A stretch of 64,000 nucleotides of DNA, taken from assembly GCF_032444005.1 (NCBI RefSeq), contig NC_091284.1, forward strand, positions 640,150,001 to 640,214,000, in the 5' to 3' direction. Made by a program: the position numbers and the translations under genes. This stretch comes from Ranitomeya imitator (Eukaryota). The notes under the pieces were generated by a model. It had not been told where the DNA came from. It searched no databases and saw nothing but the letters and a program-made list of their open reading frames with translations. Shown piece after piece: positions 12,686 through 26,662 of this stretch; within the stretch, counting starts at the first letter, position 1; each line of letters starts with the position of its first letter.

Positions 12686-14348
12686 CTGAAAGGGCAAGAA
12701 TAGAGTAGATATCTATGAGCCAACACTAATTCACAACCATTGTCAGGAAGACAGACCTGATGGAAAAAAAAAAAAATTAGTTTTAATTGAAATAATTAAA
12801 ATGTGTTAATACTTTGACTCGGATTAATGTTTCGGAAAATTCTTTCGATCTGAAATCAATAATTTATTGTATAAAAAGTGTTGATGAAGTCATATTCTTG
12901 ATGGTTGAATTGAGTTGATAGTTAAAAAAACAAAGATTTTTTTTGTGAGTGTAGATCATTCAGCAGTTCTGTGGGGAAAACAAGCAATGAATTATCAGAA
13001 TGTTTTTAGCAATCAGACGCTGGAGCGTTATTCCCATTTCTACCATAGATGGCTGAGATGGCAGTAACCCGCTCTAGGTCGCGGCCACCAGAGCAGAGGT
13101 CATGAAAACAACCTAGGGCAACTTCACTACGCTGCTTGTATAGGAATGAATGGGGATCACATCTTGGGAATTGCTTGCCTTACTATACGGTTTCCGACAC
13201 TTCCTTTCTTTTATACGGAAGTTACACAAACAATGTAGGGCAGCTGTGATTTTCTATTTTCGGGGCCCAGTCTCTGGAAACCTGGGACCTCTACTTAGTT
13301 ACTCCAATATCGGCCATGACAGGTAAAGATGGGAAAAATCCGGTAATGTAATTTCGTAAAACAAATTTCTACACGTATTCGAGTTGCGGTGCGAGTCATG
13401 GTAAACTTTCAATAACACCATAACTCGTGTGCACAGTATCGTTGTGTTACCCTTACTTCAAATTCAAAGCATTTTGTGTTAGAATTCACACAAACATCTT
13501 ACCAAGGACACAAAATGTGACGTTATATTAAAATGGAAGAAAGAATACAGGATTCAGTCATGTGGTACCATTATAACTTTTTTTTTTCTTTAAGTGTCCA
13601 ACATATTTAAAGTGGTTGTCCGAGACGAAGATATTACTAACATATCGTTAGGATAAGTCATCACTGCCAGATTGGTAGGTGTCCGAAACTCAATACCCCT
13701 CTGATAACCTGTTACCTGGAGCCATTAGAAGATCACAGTGGATGGCGCCAAAACACCACAGCTCTATACACTGTGTAGTGGCCACTTTTAGGTACTGCAG
13801 TTCAGATTATATTCCTTTTAAGAACTAAGAACCGCAACGACATTAGGGTTGACAACTTAACTTTACATTTTTTCTGGACAGCTGATTAAAAAACCATAGA
13901 CGGACACGACAATATTTTTTACTGACACACTGGAAAACAATAATAAATCATTATGATTACAAGTGATCCATGTCTACAGCCCAAAATTCTGTTCTGAAGA
14001 CATGAGCTGCCTTCACTGTTTACTGTAAACTGATGATAGTTACAATCAAAATAATCAGAATAAGTTTCTTCAGCTTCAAAAAATTCAGGGACGCCTCAGT
14101 TTTTTTTTATACACAATGCAAAAAACATGCCTTACTTTTACAGACGGCCTAAGAATTTCTGGATGATTGGCAATCCTGCATGACATACTGTATTGCACAG
14201 ATGTGTGGTGCTCTAGTTCAGTACTTTAGAAAGGCTGAACCTGATGGATTTATGTATTTCTTCAACCTATATAAATATTGTAGCTTAACTATGTACCTAT
14301 GTAACAGTGTGTTCTTCTAGCGACCAAAATCCAGGTACCAGCTGATTA

Positions 14349-14674
14349 GACTGGGTTCACATTACGTTATAGGCAGTTCGCTAGACGGACTACATTACAC
14401 CGCGGTATAACGCGGTGTAACGCAGCCGGTAACGCCGCCATTAAGCCCTATGTCGGACGCATCGCTAGCACATGCCCCCAATGGGCGTGCGCTAGCGATG
14501 TGCCGTCATTGAGTGACGGATCCTGGGACGCGGACTGCAGCGATTCCAGGTCCATCACCGCTAGCACAGATAGAGCATCTGCTAACTCTATCTGCATATT
14601 TTGGCACTTACGTTAATGCAGCCCGTTTAACGCATGTGTTGAACAGGCTGCTTTAACGCAATGTGAACCTAGCC
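14349..14674. mobile_element. Harbinger-type palindromic MITE
   Basis: TIR G(A)CTGGGTTCACATT / AATGTGAACCTAGCC with TTA TSD. Confidence 0.85.
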
Positions 14675-15021
14675 TTACGTTGGGTGCCAATTAGGATATA
14701 GGTCATCAACAACTTAGTCCAGAACAACCTATCTAAGGCTTCCCCTGATTTCTAAAGGATCTCAAACAGTACCTAATATTATTCCATATTGTATGTATAC
14801 AGACAGAAGAAATACAAACATTCAATGGTTGGAGCAAAATTTAAGTTTAAAGTTAATGATAACCTTTCAACTAAATTTTCTGAACACACAAAATTGTGGC
14901 TGCAGAGTGGAATAAAAAGGCACTGTGGGGATAGCAGAGGTGGCAGTGCTATGAGTGCTGATAAAAGGGTTTATAATGTGAAACAGCTAAACTCAGCCGT
15001 GCTGCCCCCCAGCCACACATA

Positions 15022-15359
15022 GGCCGGGTTCACATTGCGTTAACAGCAGCCCGTTTAACACATTCGTTAACGGGCTGCTGTTAACGCAAGTGCCGACATT
15101 CCATCGTGCTAGTGCAGATAGAGCATCTGCTAGCTCTATCTGTGCTAGCAGTGATGGACCCAGAATCGCTGCAGCCCGCGTCTCAGGGTCGTCACTCAAT
15201 GACGACACATCACTAGCGCACGCCCATTGTGGGCGTGCGTTAGCGATGTGTCTGACATAGGAATTAATGGCGGTGTTAACAGACTGCGTTACACTGCGTT
15301 ATGCCGCGGTGTAACGTAGTCCGTCTAACGGACGCCAGCAACGCAATGTGAACCCGGCC
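15022..15359. mobile_element. Harbinger-type palindromic MITE, same family as 14349-14674, opposite orientation
   Basis: TIR GGCCGGGTTCACATTGCG / CGCAATGTGAACCCGGCC, ATA/TTA flanks. Confidence 0.85.
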
Positions 15360-16129
15360 TTACTCATACACAAATTTAAACCAGATGATCAGGGTTGCCT
15401 GACATTATACATCACACACTGACAAACATGATCCACGATATTGTGGAGGAAGCGTTCTTCTTTCATCCTGTGTCCAGTTCAACATGAAAAAGGAGAACTG
15501 CTTCAGACTAGTCATCCAAGACACATAGTCCAGGCTGGCTTTCAAGGCATACTTTCTCTGAAATGCTGCAGCATTTCCCAGCAAAGCATGCACGGCTGAA
15601 ATAAAGAAGCAACTGCTTCATTGTTGCTGTCTTTGACCTGGGCAGCATAAATCAACTGTCTGGCTCACTAAAATGCAAAAAATGAACAAACAACTACAGG
15701 CGGTGCAGAGATAAATGCATTCTTATAAATGTGATAAACTGTACATAACCAATGAAAATTAAAGGATTAAAATGGTGAGCTGCTAATATAGGCACAACGT
15801 TAACACAGAGTTCAACAAAATACACAGCCAAAATGAGATTAATCCTTACAGTGACAAATACATTAATGAAGAACCTTGAAAAAGATGGAGAGGTGACAAA
15901 ATTTAGTCATCATTTTATTTCAGGAAAAAGCTCCAAGGACCTTAATGTTTGTAATAAACAATAGGTTGGCATGGAGACTTGAGACGCTGTAGGGAAGATA
16001 GGGTGGGGACGTAGAGAAATATCTTACTGGAGACTTCAATATTGCTAATATGGATACATTGATGGTGATATGATTGTGTATTGTAATGGGAGTGAAACTA
16101 GGACATAAATGAAAGAAACAGAATTCAGC

Positions 16130-16535
16130 TGATAATGTTACTAACCTGCCTGACCCCTACACTTAGTTGAATGTGGCGAGGAGAAAATAAACTTTATTCC
16201 CCTGCCAGAGTTCAGGTTTCAATCACTGGGGTGGCGCCGGAACGACTTCAGTCACTGCTCTGAGTATACAGAGTGGCGGCTCTAACCGTACCACCGGCCC
16301 TGACTGACATTGGCTCTGCACTGGGGGTACAGTTACACCCAACGCTCTGTATTCTCAGAGCTTTGACTGAACCCGCTTCGGCGTCGCCTTAGTTTCCAAA
16401 ACCCGCATGCTGATGGGGGAATAAAGTTAATTTTGTCCCTGCAGCTTTTGAATAAGAGCAAGTGACGGGCAGGTTAGTAATGCTATTAACCCCGAAACTG
16501 CAGGATAATAGCGTTTTTCTGGTGACAAGTTCCCT
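16130..16535. mobile_element. T2/Kolobok-type MITE
   Basis: Right end GGTGACAAGTTCCCT|TTAA; internal inverted ACTAACCTGCC/GGCAGGTTAGT; left boundary approximate. Confidence 0.5.
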
Positions 16536-16822
16536 TTAAAACACTTGTCACCATAATCAACAGAAAAGGGTTCTTCAAAGCAGAAGGCAGAAGCTGGCCA
16601 AGTATATTTACTTCTAAATTTATATAATTAAAGTGAAATTGCCATTTCATAAAATGCCTGACATATGCAGTAACATTCTAGATGTTTTGTGGGTCAAGGC
16701 ACAGTGACCTCCACCAGTTGCTTGAAACAAAAGGATGACCAGCTTAACATGGTGACCCATTGCCAGAGGATAGCACTGCTCAGCTCTCCTCAGTGGATGA
16801 GAATAGTCATGCTAGACTCTCC

Positions 16823-17113
16823 TTAGTGTCTGAGATCAATCTTGTTTGTTTCCCCTTGGTGACTCACATAGGCTATGTTTGGCTCCCCTTGTTGACAGAG
16901 AGCAAACATTTTTGGCTGTAATTGGTGACTGATGTCAATCCTGCTTGGATTTCCTTGGTAGTTGAAATAGGCCATGATTGGCTTTACTTGGTAGTGGAGA
17001 TCAATCCTGTTTGACTCTCCTAGATGGCTGAGACAGGCTATATTTGGCTCTCCTTGGGTGAATGAAATGCACGTGCATGAACTCACAGTTGCAGGGACAA
17101 AGAACTCATGTTT
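16823..17113 (-). CDS. Candidate coding segment containing seven 11-aa repeats (QGEPNIAYLSH / QGESNRIDLSH types); product unknown
   Basis: Acceptor-like TTTTTTTAAATCAG at 17114; 33-nt units without indels; unit differences enriched at synonymous third positions; in-frame TAA at the start of unit 8. Confidence 0.4.
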   Translation of the reverse strand, partial: KHEFFVPATVSSCTCISFTQGEPNIACLSHLGESNRIDLHYQVKPIMAYFNYQGNPSRIDISHQLQPKMFALCQQGEPNIAYVSHQGETNKIDLRH

Positions 17114-17198
17114 CTGATTTAAAAAAACATAATAATAGTGGGCCCCAATGCCTGAAAAATTGATCACAACATGTCACTATTATATTTTTAATTATTAA

Positions 17199-17717
17199 AG
17201 GGAACCTGTCACCCCAAAATCGAAGGTGAGCTAAGCCCACCGGCATCAGGGGCTTATCTACAGCATTCTGGAATGCTGTAGATAAGCCCCCGATGTATCC
17301 TAAGAGATGCAAAAAGAGGTTAGATTATACTCACCCAGGGGCGGTCCCACTGCGGTCCGGTGCGATGGGTGTCGTGGTCCGGTCCGGGGCCTCCCATCTT
17401 CTTACGAGGACGTCCTCTTCTTGTCCTCACGCTTCGGCTTCGGCCCAGGCATACTTTGTCTGCCCTGTTGAGGGCAGAGCAAAGTACTGCAGTGCACAGG
17501 TGCCGGGAAAGGTCAGAGAGGCCCGGCGCCTGCGCACTGCAGTACTTTGCTCTGCCCTCAACAGGGCAGACAAAGTACGCCTGCGCTGGAGCCACAGCGG
17601 GAAGAAAAAAATAGGACATCATCGTAAGAAGATGGGAGGCGCTGGACCGGATACATCGGGCCTTATCTACAGCATTACAGAAAGCTCACCTTCGATTTTA
17701 GGGGTGACAGGTTCCCT
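17199..17717. mobile_element. T2/Kolobok-type palindromic MITE
   Basis: TIRs AGGGAACCTGTCACCCC / GGGGTGACAGGTTCCCT, TTAA TSD, internal nested inverted repeats. ORFs 17293-17721 and 17320-17622 are by-products. Confidence 0.92.
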
Positions 17718-18813
17718 TTAAGTATGCTATATATTTAAGAATAAATTTAATGTAATATAAAATTATAACTTAGAACTTTGTCATTCAAGACTAGCAGTGT
17801 AGAATTGATAATTTCATTTCAACTTTCTTATAACAGTTACACATCAGTCCATACGACTGTAAGTTGCATTCCTTTTCTATTCTCTGCTTCCTGTCTACAA
17901 TATGGAGGAAATGAACACTTCATGATACTGAGTGGACAGAGAGGATGTTTCCCAATTAATTTTCCGTATATTTAATCATTCAAGCATAGTTCTTCAGTTT
18001 AATGAACTCATACATACACAGCTTGAAATGTATTTTATCTAGTATAGACTAATCCTAAAAGCCCAAAACTTTGATGGAAGTTAGCCAATCAGAAATAGCA
18101 ATCAAATGAAGTATGTACTGATTAAATAGAAACGATGATTATTTCACTTGTTTCAGCTTCATGCAAAACTAATAATGTTTTTGTAAAATGATAAAAGTAA
18201 CACTCTCCTACACTCCCATTACCCCTGCCAGCTTTCTCCAAAATGCAAAAATAAAGCTTTTAAAAATTGTTTTCTTTCTTTCTGTTCTTAGACCTGTTTC
18301 TGGGCTAAATTGACTGACCATTTCCAATATGAATACTATTACAGATGAAAGGTTTGTTAGATTACTATATAGATGGACCTATGTGGTAAAGCATGTATCA
18401 CTTACATATTGATGGCCAACTATAATTGGTTCAGGAGTCTTGGAGAAGTGAGTGGCAACTCATTCAATTGTGGAATTTAAACTTATTCCAGGATCTATTA
18501 ACAAAAACGTACTTTGTGGGAAAACCCCTTTAATTTTCATTTTCGACATTACTGTAGCTACCGTAACTGAAACACACTTGTATTGTCAAGGTAGATTAAC
18601 AAACAAAACATATCAGTGATTTCCCAGTGCAGGTTATGTAAAAGGTAAGTACGGTGCCACGTCGTAAAATAGTAAAAACCCACCAACAGCACTGCAGCAG
18701 CTTACTGGACAGATATAGTAGTTACATTACAGCTAGCTTCTGAAAGAAATATGCATATCACAGATGCATACCTGACGAAAACTAATTGTAAATTCACAGC
18801 ATGGTACCAGTTA

Positions 18814-19184
18814 GGGTATGTCTCCCAGCGCTTTGGATGCAGCGGATACCCCGCTCCATCCAAAGTGCTGCCCCCTTTTGTACGTGTGGTGATTCAGACT
18901 GTGTTCATTGAACACAGGCGGAATGACTGCATCATATACATAGTCTGTGTCATTTATCTTGCGGAGACTGAGTGTCTCCGCCAGATAAATAGACATGCTG
19001 CGGTCTAGAAAGACGCGCCGCATGTCCGGTTAGGCAGGTCTGCCACCTGCGTGTTTGTACGCATAGTGGTGATGGGATTTCATAAAATGCCCTCCAATAT
19101 GCTGTAACATCTGGACGCTGAGGCTGTACACAGCGTCCAATCTGCAGCAATTACTAAAGGAATACGCCCCATGGAAACATACCC
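18814..19184. mobile_element. Harbinger-type MITE
   Basis: TTA|GGGTATGT...ACATACCC|TTA. Confidence 0.85.
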
Positions 19185-19904
19185 TTAGAAACCCACTTGA
19201 GAAGTCAGTGGTTTCCCGTACTTTAGCTCACCTGTGATGTTACAGATGCTGAGAGCAGCTCAATGACTAACCAACATGTGTTGTTACAACAATTTACCTG
19301 ATGAAAACCCCTAATGCTGTCATCTTAGTCCACTTTAGAGAAAGCCACTGGTGTGATCAGAATAGCTAAGCTCACAGGAATCCTCGTGTGCGAGCGACAG
19401 GCCACCTCATCTATGGTTGTCTAGAAAATCTATCACTGCTGGACAGTCCCACAATTCATTGTGAGAATTTGGTAGGAAGAAACCCTGGCCCCAATTCATC
19501 CAGATTGAGTTTTCTATGCCAGTCTTGAATGTGATGTGCCAAATTTATTAAAATATGCGCCTCCTAATGATTTTGGTACATCAAACAGCTGCTGTCCTCC
19601 ATTACAAGAAATTTCCTCTGTCAAAATTTACATCACTCAGGTGAAAATTATGATTAATTTTTTGACCATCCTAGGCCACACCCTTCCTTGCCCACTTTTC
19701 AAAAAGTGGGCAAAGGTGACCTGGACTGGTCTACATATCACAAAAAGAAAATTACAACAGAGCGCTGGCAAAAACTATGATGAAGTGGCGCCAATATATT
19801 TTAACATAGCAGTAGGAAAACCAGACTGTGGCAGCATATGTTGCACACAGTGTGCATGCCCCTAGTTCTATGATAGTTAAATAGGTTGTTCAGCTTTTTT
19901 TTAA

Positions 19905-20331
19905 AGACGCACTCCCATCAATATTTTTATACTTTAATATATTGCAGTCATCATGTTATATAGCACAGTATACTTAGAATTGCTCTTTATGCCCGTCTAC
20001 CTAGCTAATTCTTAAGTGTTCTCTGCTGTATGTAGAAACAGGAAGCCTCTTTTCCTTGAATAAGTCTTCAACTTCTGACCCAGCTGCTCTGCCCGTCACC
20101 CTGCCAGGGACTGCAGTGATGACTCATGCGGAGAAAAGAGACTTTTTTATTTCTACGTAGAGCTTTGAAGGATTCAGTTAGTTTGTTTTTAATAATGCGG
20201 TCACATAAACCTAATGGAAAAGAGAATTAGCTGGGTAGAAAGGCAAAATTAGCAATTGTAAGTGCACAGTGCTACATAATATGAAGATTTCAACATATTA
20301 GGAAGATAAGCATTATGATGAGAGTGCTTCT
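19905..20331. mobile_element. T2/Kolobok-type MITE
   Basis: TIRs AGACGCACTCCCATCA / TGATGAGAGTGCTTCT with TTAA TSD. Confidence 0.8.
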
Positions 20332-21048
20332 TTAAAATGGGTCCAAACATTGCATTGTCCTTATCTCATGAGATAGGCCCCAAGCGTTGTGTTCCAAAGG
20401 GGATTGTCTGCAGCATTAACCACTGCGTCCAGTGATTGCAGCTACTAAAATCCTGTTTCTGTCAGAAAAGGAAGCTAGGAGATTGATGTGGATAGAAGAG
20501 AGGATCAGTAGGTTAGCATGCATTTATTATTTTTGACAATGCTGGATCCTGTTTGAAAGGGAAAAAATGCTGGACTATACCTTTAACATATTTGCATGTA
20601 ATTTGCCAACATGTAAGACATAATGCATTTGAGAGAATAAAATTCTATTGGAAGATAGAGGTGACATACAGTATCTGCACCTATTTATCAACCCTATGTA
20701 TTCAACACTGTAGAATCAACAATGTAGAACCCATTCATTTTACATAACCATTGTTCACTCTACTGGAAGTTAACAATAGACAACACTTTATTGACATCCT
20801 GCATTCAAGATTCTATTCTCTCTCTTTTTAAGGCTGATGGCAAAATACATTTTCTAAGCAAATCTTTTCTATATTTTCTAGCTTAACTTTAAACTAAGTG
20901 AGCAATAAGATTGCAGCAAAGACAATGAAGCCCAGAGCTGATTTGTACAAATCTCAATCATTTTTTTAAGGACTTAAAATGATTTTAGTAAAATACTCCA
21001 ATAATCAAACCCTGTTCAGTAATGAAGATTAATAGAGGATAACCCCAA

Positions 21049-21423
21049 GGGTATGTTCCCACGGTCAGTAAACGCTACGGGTTGGACGCTGTGGATGTAC
21101 GCAGCGTCCAACCCGCAGCAGCCAGATGTTACAGCATAGTGGATGGGATTTCAAGAAATCCCATCTCCACTATGCATGTACGGACGCCTCTGGCTTCCCT
21201 GCGGAGACAGACATGTGGCGCGTCTTTCTAGACCGCAGCATGTTTACTTATCTTGCGGAGACGCTCAGTCTCCGCAAGATAAATATCACCCGTACAATGT
21301 ATTGGATGCAGTGATTCCGCACGGTTCAATGAACTCATGAGGAATCACCTGCGTTCGAAAGGCGGCAGCTCTTTGGAAGGAGCGAACATGCACTGCCTAA
21401 TATTTACCGTGGGGACGTGGCCC
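21049..21423. mobile_element. Harbinger-type MITE, same family as 18814-19184, opposite orientation
   Basis: GGGTATGTTCCCACGG...CCGTGGGGACGTGGCCC; the ORF track shows the matching peptide RRVFLDRSM in both copies. Confidence 0.8.
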
Positions 21424-23666
21424 AAAAGGTACACCTGGGTGACAATATGTTGACTTCTTTGGTTAAATCCATTAGCATGGTTTTTGGCCCATTTAAAGTT
21501 ATCATGTCCTCCTGCTTAAGTAATAGACACTAATGACATCCATATTCTCCAAAGTAGCAGTCACAAACTCATGAAGGATCAAGTGTCTCAAACACGTGGA
21601 ACTTGAAAACGGAATATAATGAGGGCAATTTTGGCTAGCTCCTGTAGCTTTGGCCAATTAAAAAAATAGATAAATAAAATAGTATGTTAATAATTTATCA
21701 TTATAATTTTCACTTCAATCTAGTAGTGGCCTAAAATGCACAGTGCTTAGAAGCTCTTTCTAACATAGCTTGCAAGCAGTGCTCTGAAGCTAGCTGGATT
21801 GTGACGGCGAAGCCGATAGCTACCGATCCGGCTAGCTTTAGTGCAACCGCACTCCTTGGCTTCCAACATCAGAAAGGGCAGAGTTGTAGCTAGCATCACA
21901 ACGATGCTCCTTACCCAAACTGTCAATCAACCAGGAGCACAGTGCCCCATGGAAGTAAGGAGTAGATTCCCTTTGAGGCTATTTGCATCAGATCATCATT
22001 ATTTGCATGACCTAATAACTTATATTTGCAGCTTGTTAGAAACATTTATTGCAGTAAATGTCGGATAACGTTTTACAAAATGCAAATCTCTTAATTCCCT
22101 GTTAGACACTGAACCATAAGCGCGACACTCGCGTCTTACTGAGATTCTGCATAAATTCTTAATCCAAGTCATCAATATCTTGCACGAGCTGTTATCTTGT
22201 CATGCTTTGCCGTTCAAGGAGCTGATACATCAAGCAAAACGAAGTTTAACTATAATTGATGAGTCATCTTAGAACGCGATTTCTTGTCACAACAGGGAAA
22301 CGACACTATTTCCCTGTAAAATCTATCGCCCCATACATGTCGATGCAGCTGCAAATTGGTTATTTTTTCCCCCTCTTTTAGTCTTACGGTGGAAACACAT
22401 TCGCTTTAACGTTAACCTTTTATATCTAAATATTTGACATTTCCGAATAAAATGCTGCATTGTAAAAGTTTCAAATTAAAGCACAAATAATCCCATAACC
22501 GGCCTAATAATAGCAGGCAATTCCATGTAATAATTCTGCTGTGTCCTTTCTTCTCTGACCTTTACTCCAGTGAGAAACCTCATTTAATTCTGTCTATTGA
22601 AGGAACATAAAAACAGTTTATGTAGCGCTCGGCCCAATCCCACTGGAAATAAGTTTGGAAGAATAAAGCTTGGTTCATCTTTTCTTTCTAAGTGTTACTC
22701 ATTTTATTGGCTAAACGGAGGAAGCCAATAATTGGGAGCACCGGGGTATCATTTAAAAGGTTTAGTATAAGTCAATCTAATTTTTAACACAGGTTTTATT
22801 GACTGGTCTTTGTTTAGGCAGGGAAATCCAGTAAGGTGCCGTTGTTTAGCATCCAAAGGTTTTTGTTCTTTAATGTGCTAATAAAAGCAGAGGAAAGACT
22901 GTTATTCAATAAGTCAAAGTGCATTTGTGTCAGCGTCATTATCTGAGGCTAACAGTGGCGATGTCAGATACTACTTTTAAATTGTAATGAAAAAGAGGGC
23001 GCTGAGAGATCATTTCCTTAAGATGCAGGATATCATCTGAAGTAAAGCGCACAAGACGACTAGGCCTGTGGGAATTGTGAAAGCGCTTTGTTTACGTACC
23101 TGTCATTTGCTCGCATTGTTCGCAGATAAATTGCTCTAATAAGATCCAAGCGTCGTTAAATTCTACCGTAAAGTTCAAATCCCAGCAAAGTAGAGTGGCA
23201 ACGATGAATATGATGATCAATTATCATGTAACGGTCAGGACTGCCAACTTGACTTCTTATTGCTTCTGGGCGGCTTATTAAAAAATTCCAAGACAGACAA
23301 TATTTTTTTACAGACACATTTGAAAACCATAAGAAATCATTATTATTATTAGTGATACATGTCTACGGCCCATAATAAGAAGGTCTTGGCTGCATTTATT
23401 GTAAACTGTAAAATGATGATAATTACAGTCAAAATAATCTATATAAGTTTATTCTTCTTCAAAAAAGCTCAATTTTGATTCTACGGACAGGGCAAAAAAT
23501 GTGTCCAATTTTTTACGGACTGTCCTAGAATGTCTGGATGATATGCAACAGTGGTAACGGCACATATAGTATGCTAAAATGTCATTTTTTTTATTTTTAA
23601 CATTATCTTATGTCAGCCGGTCCCCAATTTTTTGCTATTGGGATGATGCCTTATATCACAGATTTA

Positions 23667-23887
23667 CAGTGGGTACGGAAAATATTCAGACCCCTTTAAA
23701 CTTGTCACTCTTTGTTTCATTGCAGCCATTTGGTAAAATTTCTACATTTCTGTTTTTTTTCAGTCAAGATGGGGGGCAAAGTGTACAATAATGAGAAAAA
23801 AATGAACTATTTTGAATTTACCAAATGGCTGCATTGAAACAAAGAGTGAAACATTTAAAGGGGTCTGAATACTTTCCGTACCCACTT
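23667..23887. mobile_element. Tc1-type MITE (fold-back), inside a degenerate ~23236-24184 hAT-like element
   Basis: CAGTGGGTACGGAAAATATTCAGACCCCTTTAAA / TTTAAAGGGGTCTGAATACTTTCCGTACCCACT, TA flanks. Confidence 0.8.
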
Positions 23888-24420
23888 TATATATGTATGT
23901 ATCAGGGTAACCAAAAATTCCTGGACAGTCTGTAAAAATAGAACACTTATTCCCCCGGTCCGTAAAAAAAAAAAAAAAAAAAATCGATGTGTGGTGATAT
24001 TTTTGAAGATGGAGAGACTTGTACAAATTTTTATTACTGTATTTGTCATCCTTTTACAGTTCACAGTGAACCCTGCACCACTTATATTAAGATTTATTAT
24101 GGTTTCCTAATGCATTAGTAAAAAACGACTGTCCGTATCCATAAATTTTTAAGAAGCTGTCCAAACAAAAAAAAGTTGGCTACCTTTGTTTGTAGACAAC
24201 AAAACAAAAAAAAATCCTTTTCTTTGAGAAAAGCAAGTGTTCGGTAGAAAAGGACAAATCTCTTCGAGGCACCTCGAACTTTACAGAAAACTTGTTTGTG
24301 AATTGGAAAGTTTGAGGAGAACTGGAAAATCCTTCAGCTTCACTACTCTACACTGTGTTGGATCTTTCGGGTCATATGATCAGTCACATGCTTGGGAGGA
24401 TCTTCAATATGTGGAGCGTA

Positions 24421-24660
24421 TCTACTATATAATTGTCTAAGGGTCACTTCCGTCTATCCTTCTGTCTGTCTGTCTTTCTGTCACGGTTATTCATTCGCTG
24501 ATTGGTCTCGGCAGCTGCCTGTCATAGCTGCCGCGACCAATCAGCGACGGCCACAGTCCGGAAAAAAATGGCCGCTCCTTCCTCCCCGCATGTACTGATC
24601 ATGCAGCAATGCTGTGTATGTGTGCGCTGCCGAGAAAGTATATAATGTGTGTGCTGTAAC
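24421..24660 (+). mobile_element. Non-autonomous Helitron 5' fragment
   Basis: A|TC start (TCTACTATATAATTGTCTAAGGGTCACTTCCG); same family as 28689-28910. Confidence 0.6.
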
Positions 24661-24666
24661 TATATA

Positions 24667-26306
<1,640 letters not shown>

Positions 26307-26328
26307 TATATAGATAGATATATAGACA

Positions 26329-26524
26329 CCAGATGGTGGCCCGATTCTAACGCATCGGGCATTCTAGAATATGCATGTCCACGTAGTATATAGCACAGTC
26401 ACGTAGTATATTGCCCAGTCACTTAGTATATTGCACAGCCCATGTAGTATATTGAACAGCCCATGTAGTATATTGCCCAGCCCACATAGTATATAGCAAT
26501 GTGGGCATCATATCCCTGTTAAAA
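26329..26524 (-). mobile_element. Helitron 3' end with 21-bp internal tandem repeats, truncated by the assembly gap
   Basis: On the - strand: CCCGAT-GCGTTAGA-ATCGGG hairpin then CCACCATCTGG (CTAG variant); repeats of ATGTAGTATATTGCCCAGCCC. Confidence 0.55.
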
Positions 26525-26662
26525 NNNNNNNNNNNNNNNNNNNNNNNNNNNNNNNNNNNNNNNNNNNNNNNNNNNNNNNNNNNNNNNNNNNNNNNNNNNN
26601 NNNNNNNNNNNNNNNNNNNNNNNNNNNNNNNNNNNNNNNNNNNNNNNNNNNNNNNNNNNNNN
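26525..26662. other. Assembly gap (138 N)
   Basis: Run of N. Confidence 1.

Noticed and set aside
17293-17721. 142-aa, 100-aa and 84-aa ORFs
   Set aside because: They lie wholly within a GC-rich palindromic T2 MITE; the mirrored peptides on both strands are a by-product of the palindrome.
22381-22455. + strand terminal exon (SYGGNTFALTLTFYI*, then AATAAA)
   Set aside because: The acceptor and poly(A) signal are plausible, but no upstream coding exon could be linked; equally explained as part of the AT-rich non-coding island.
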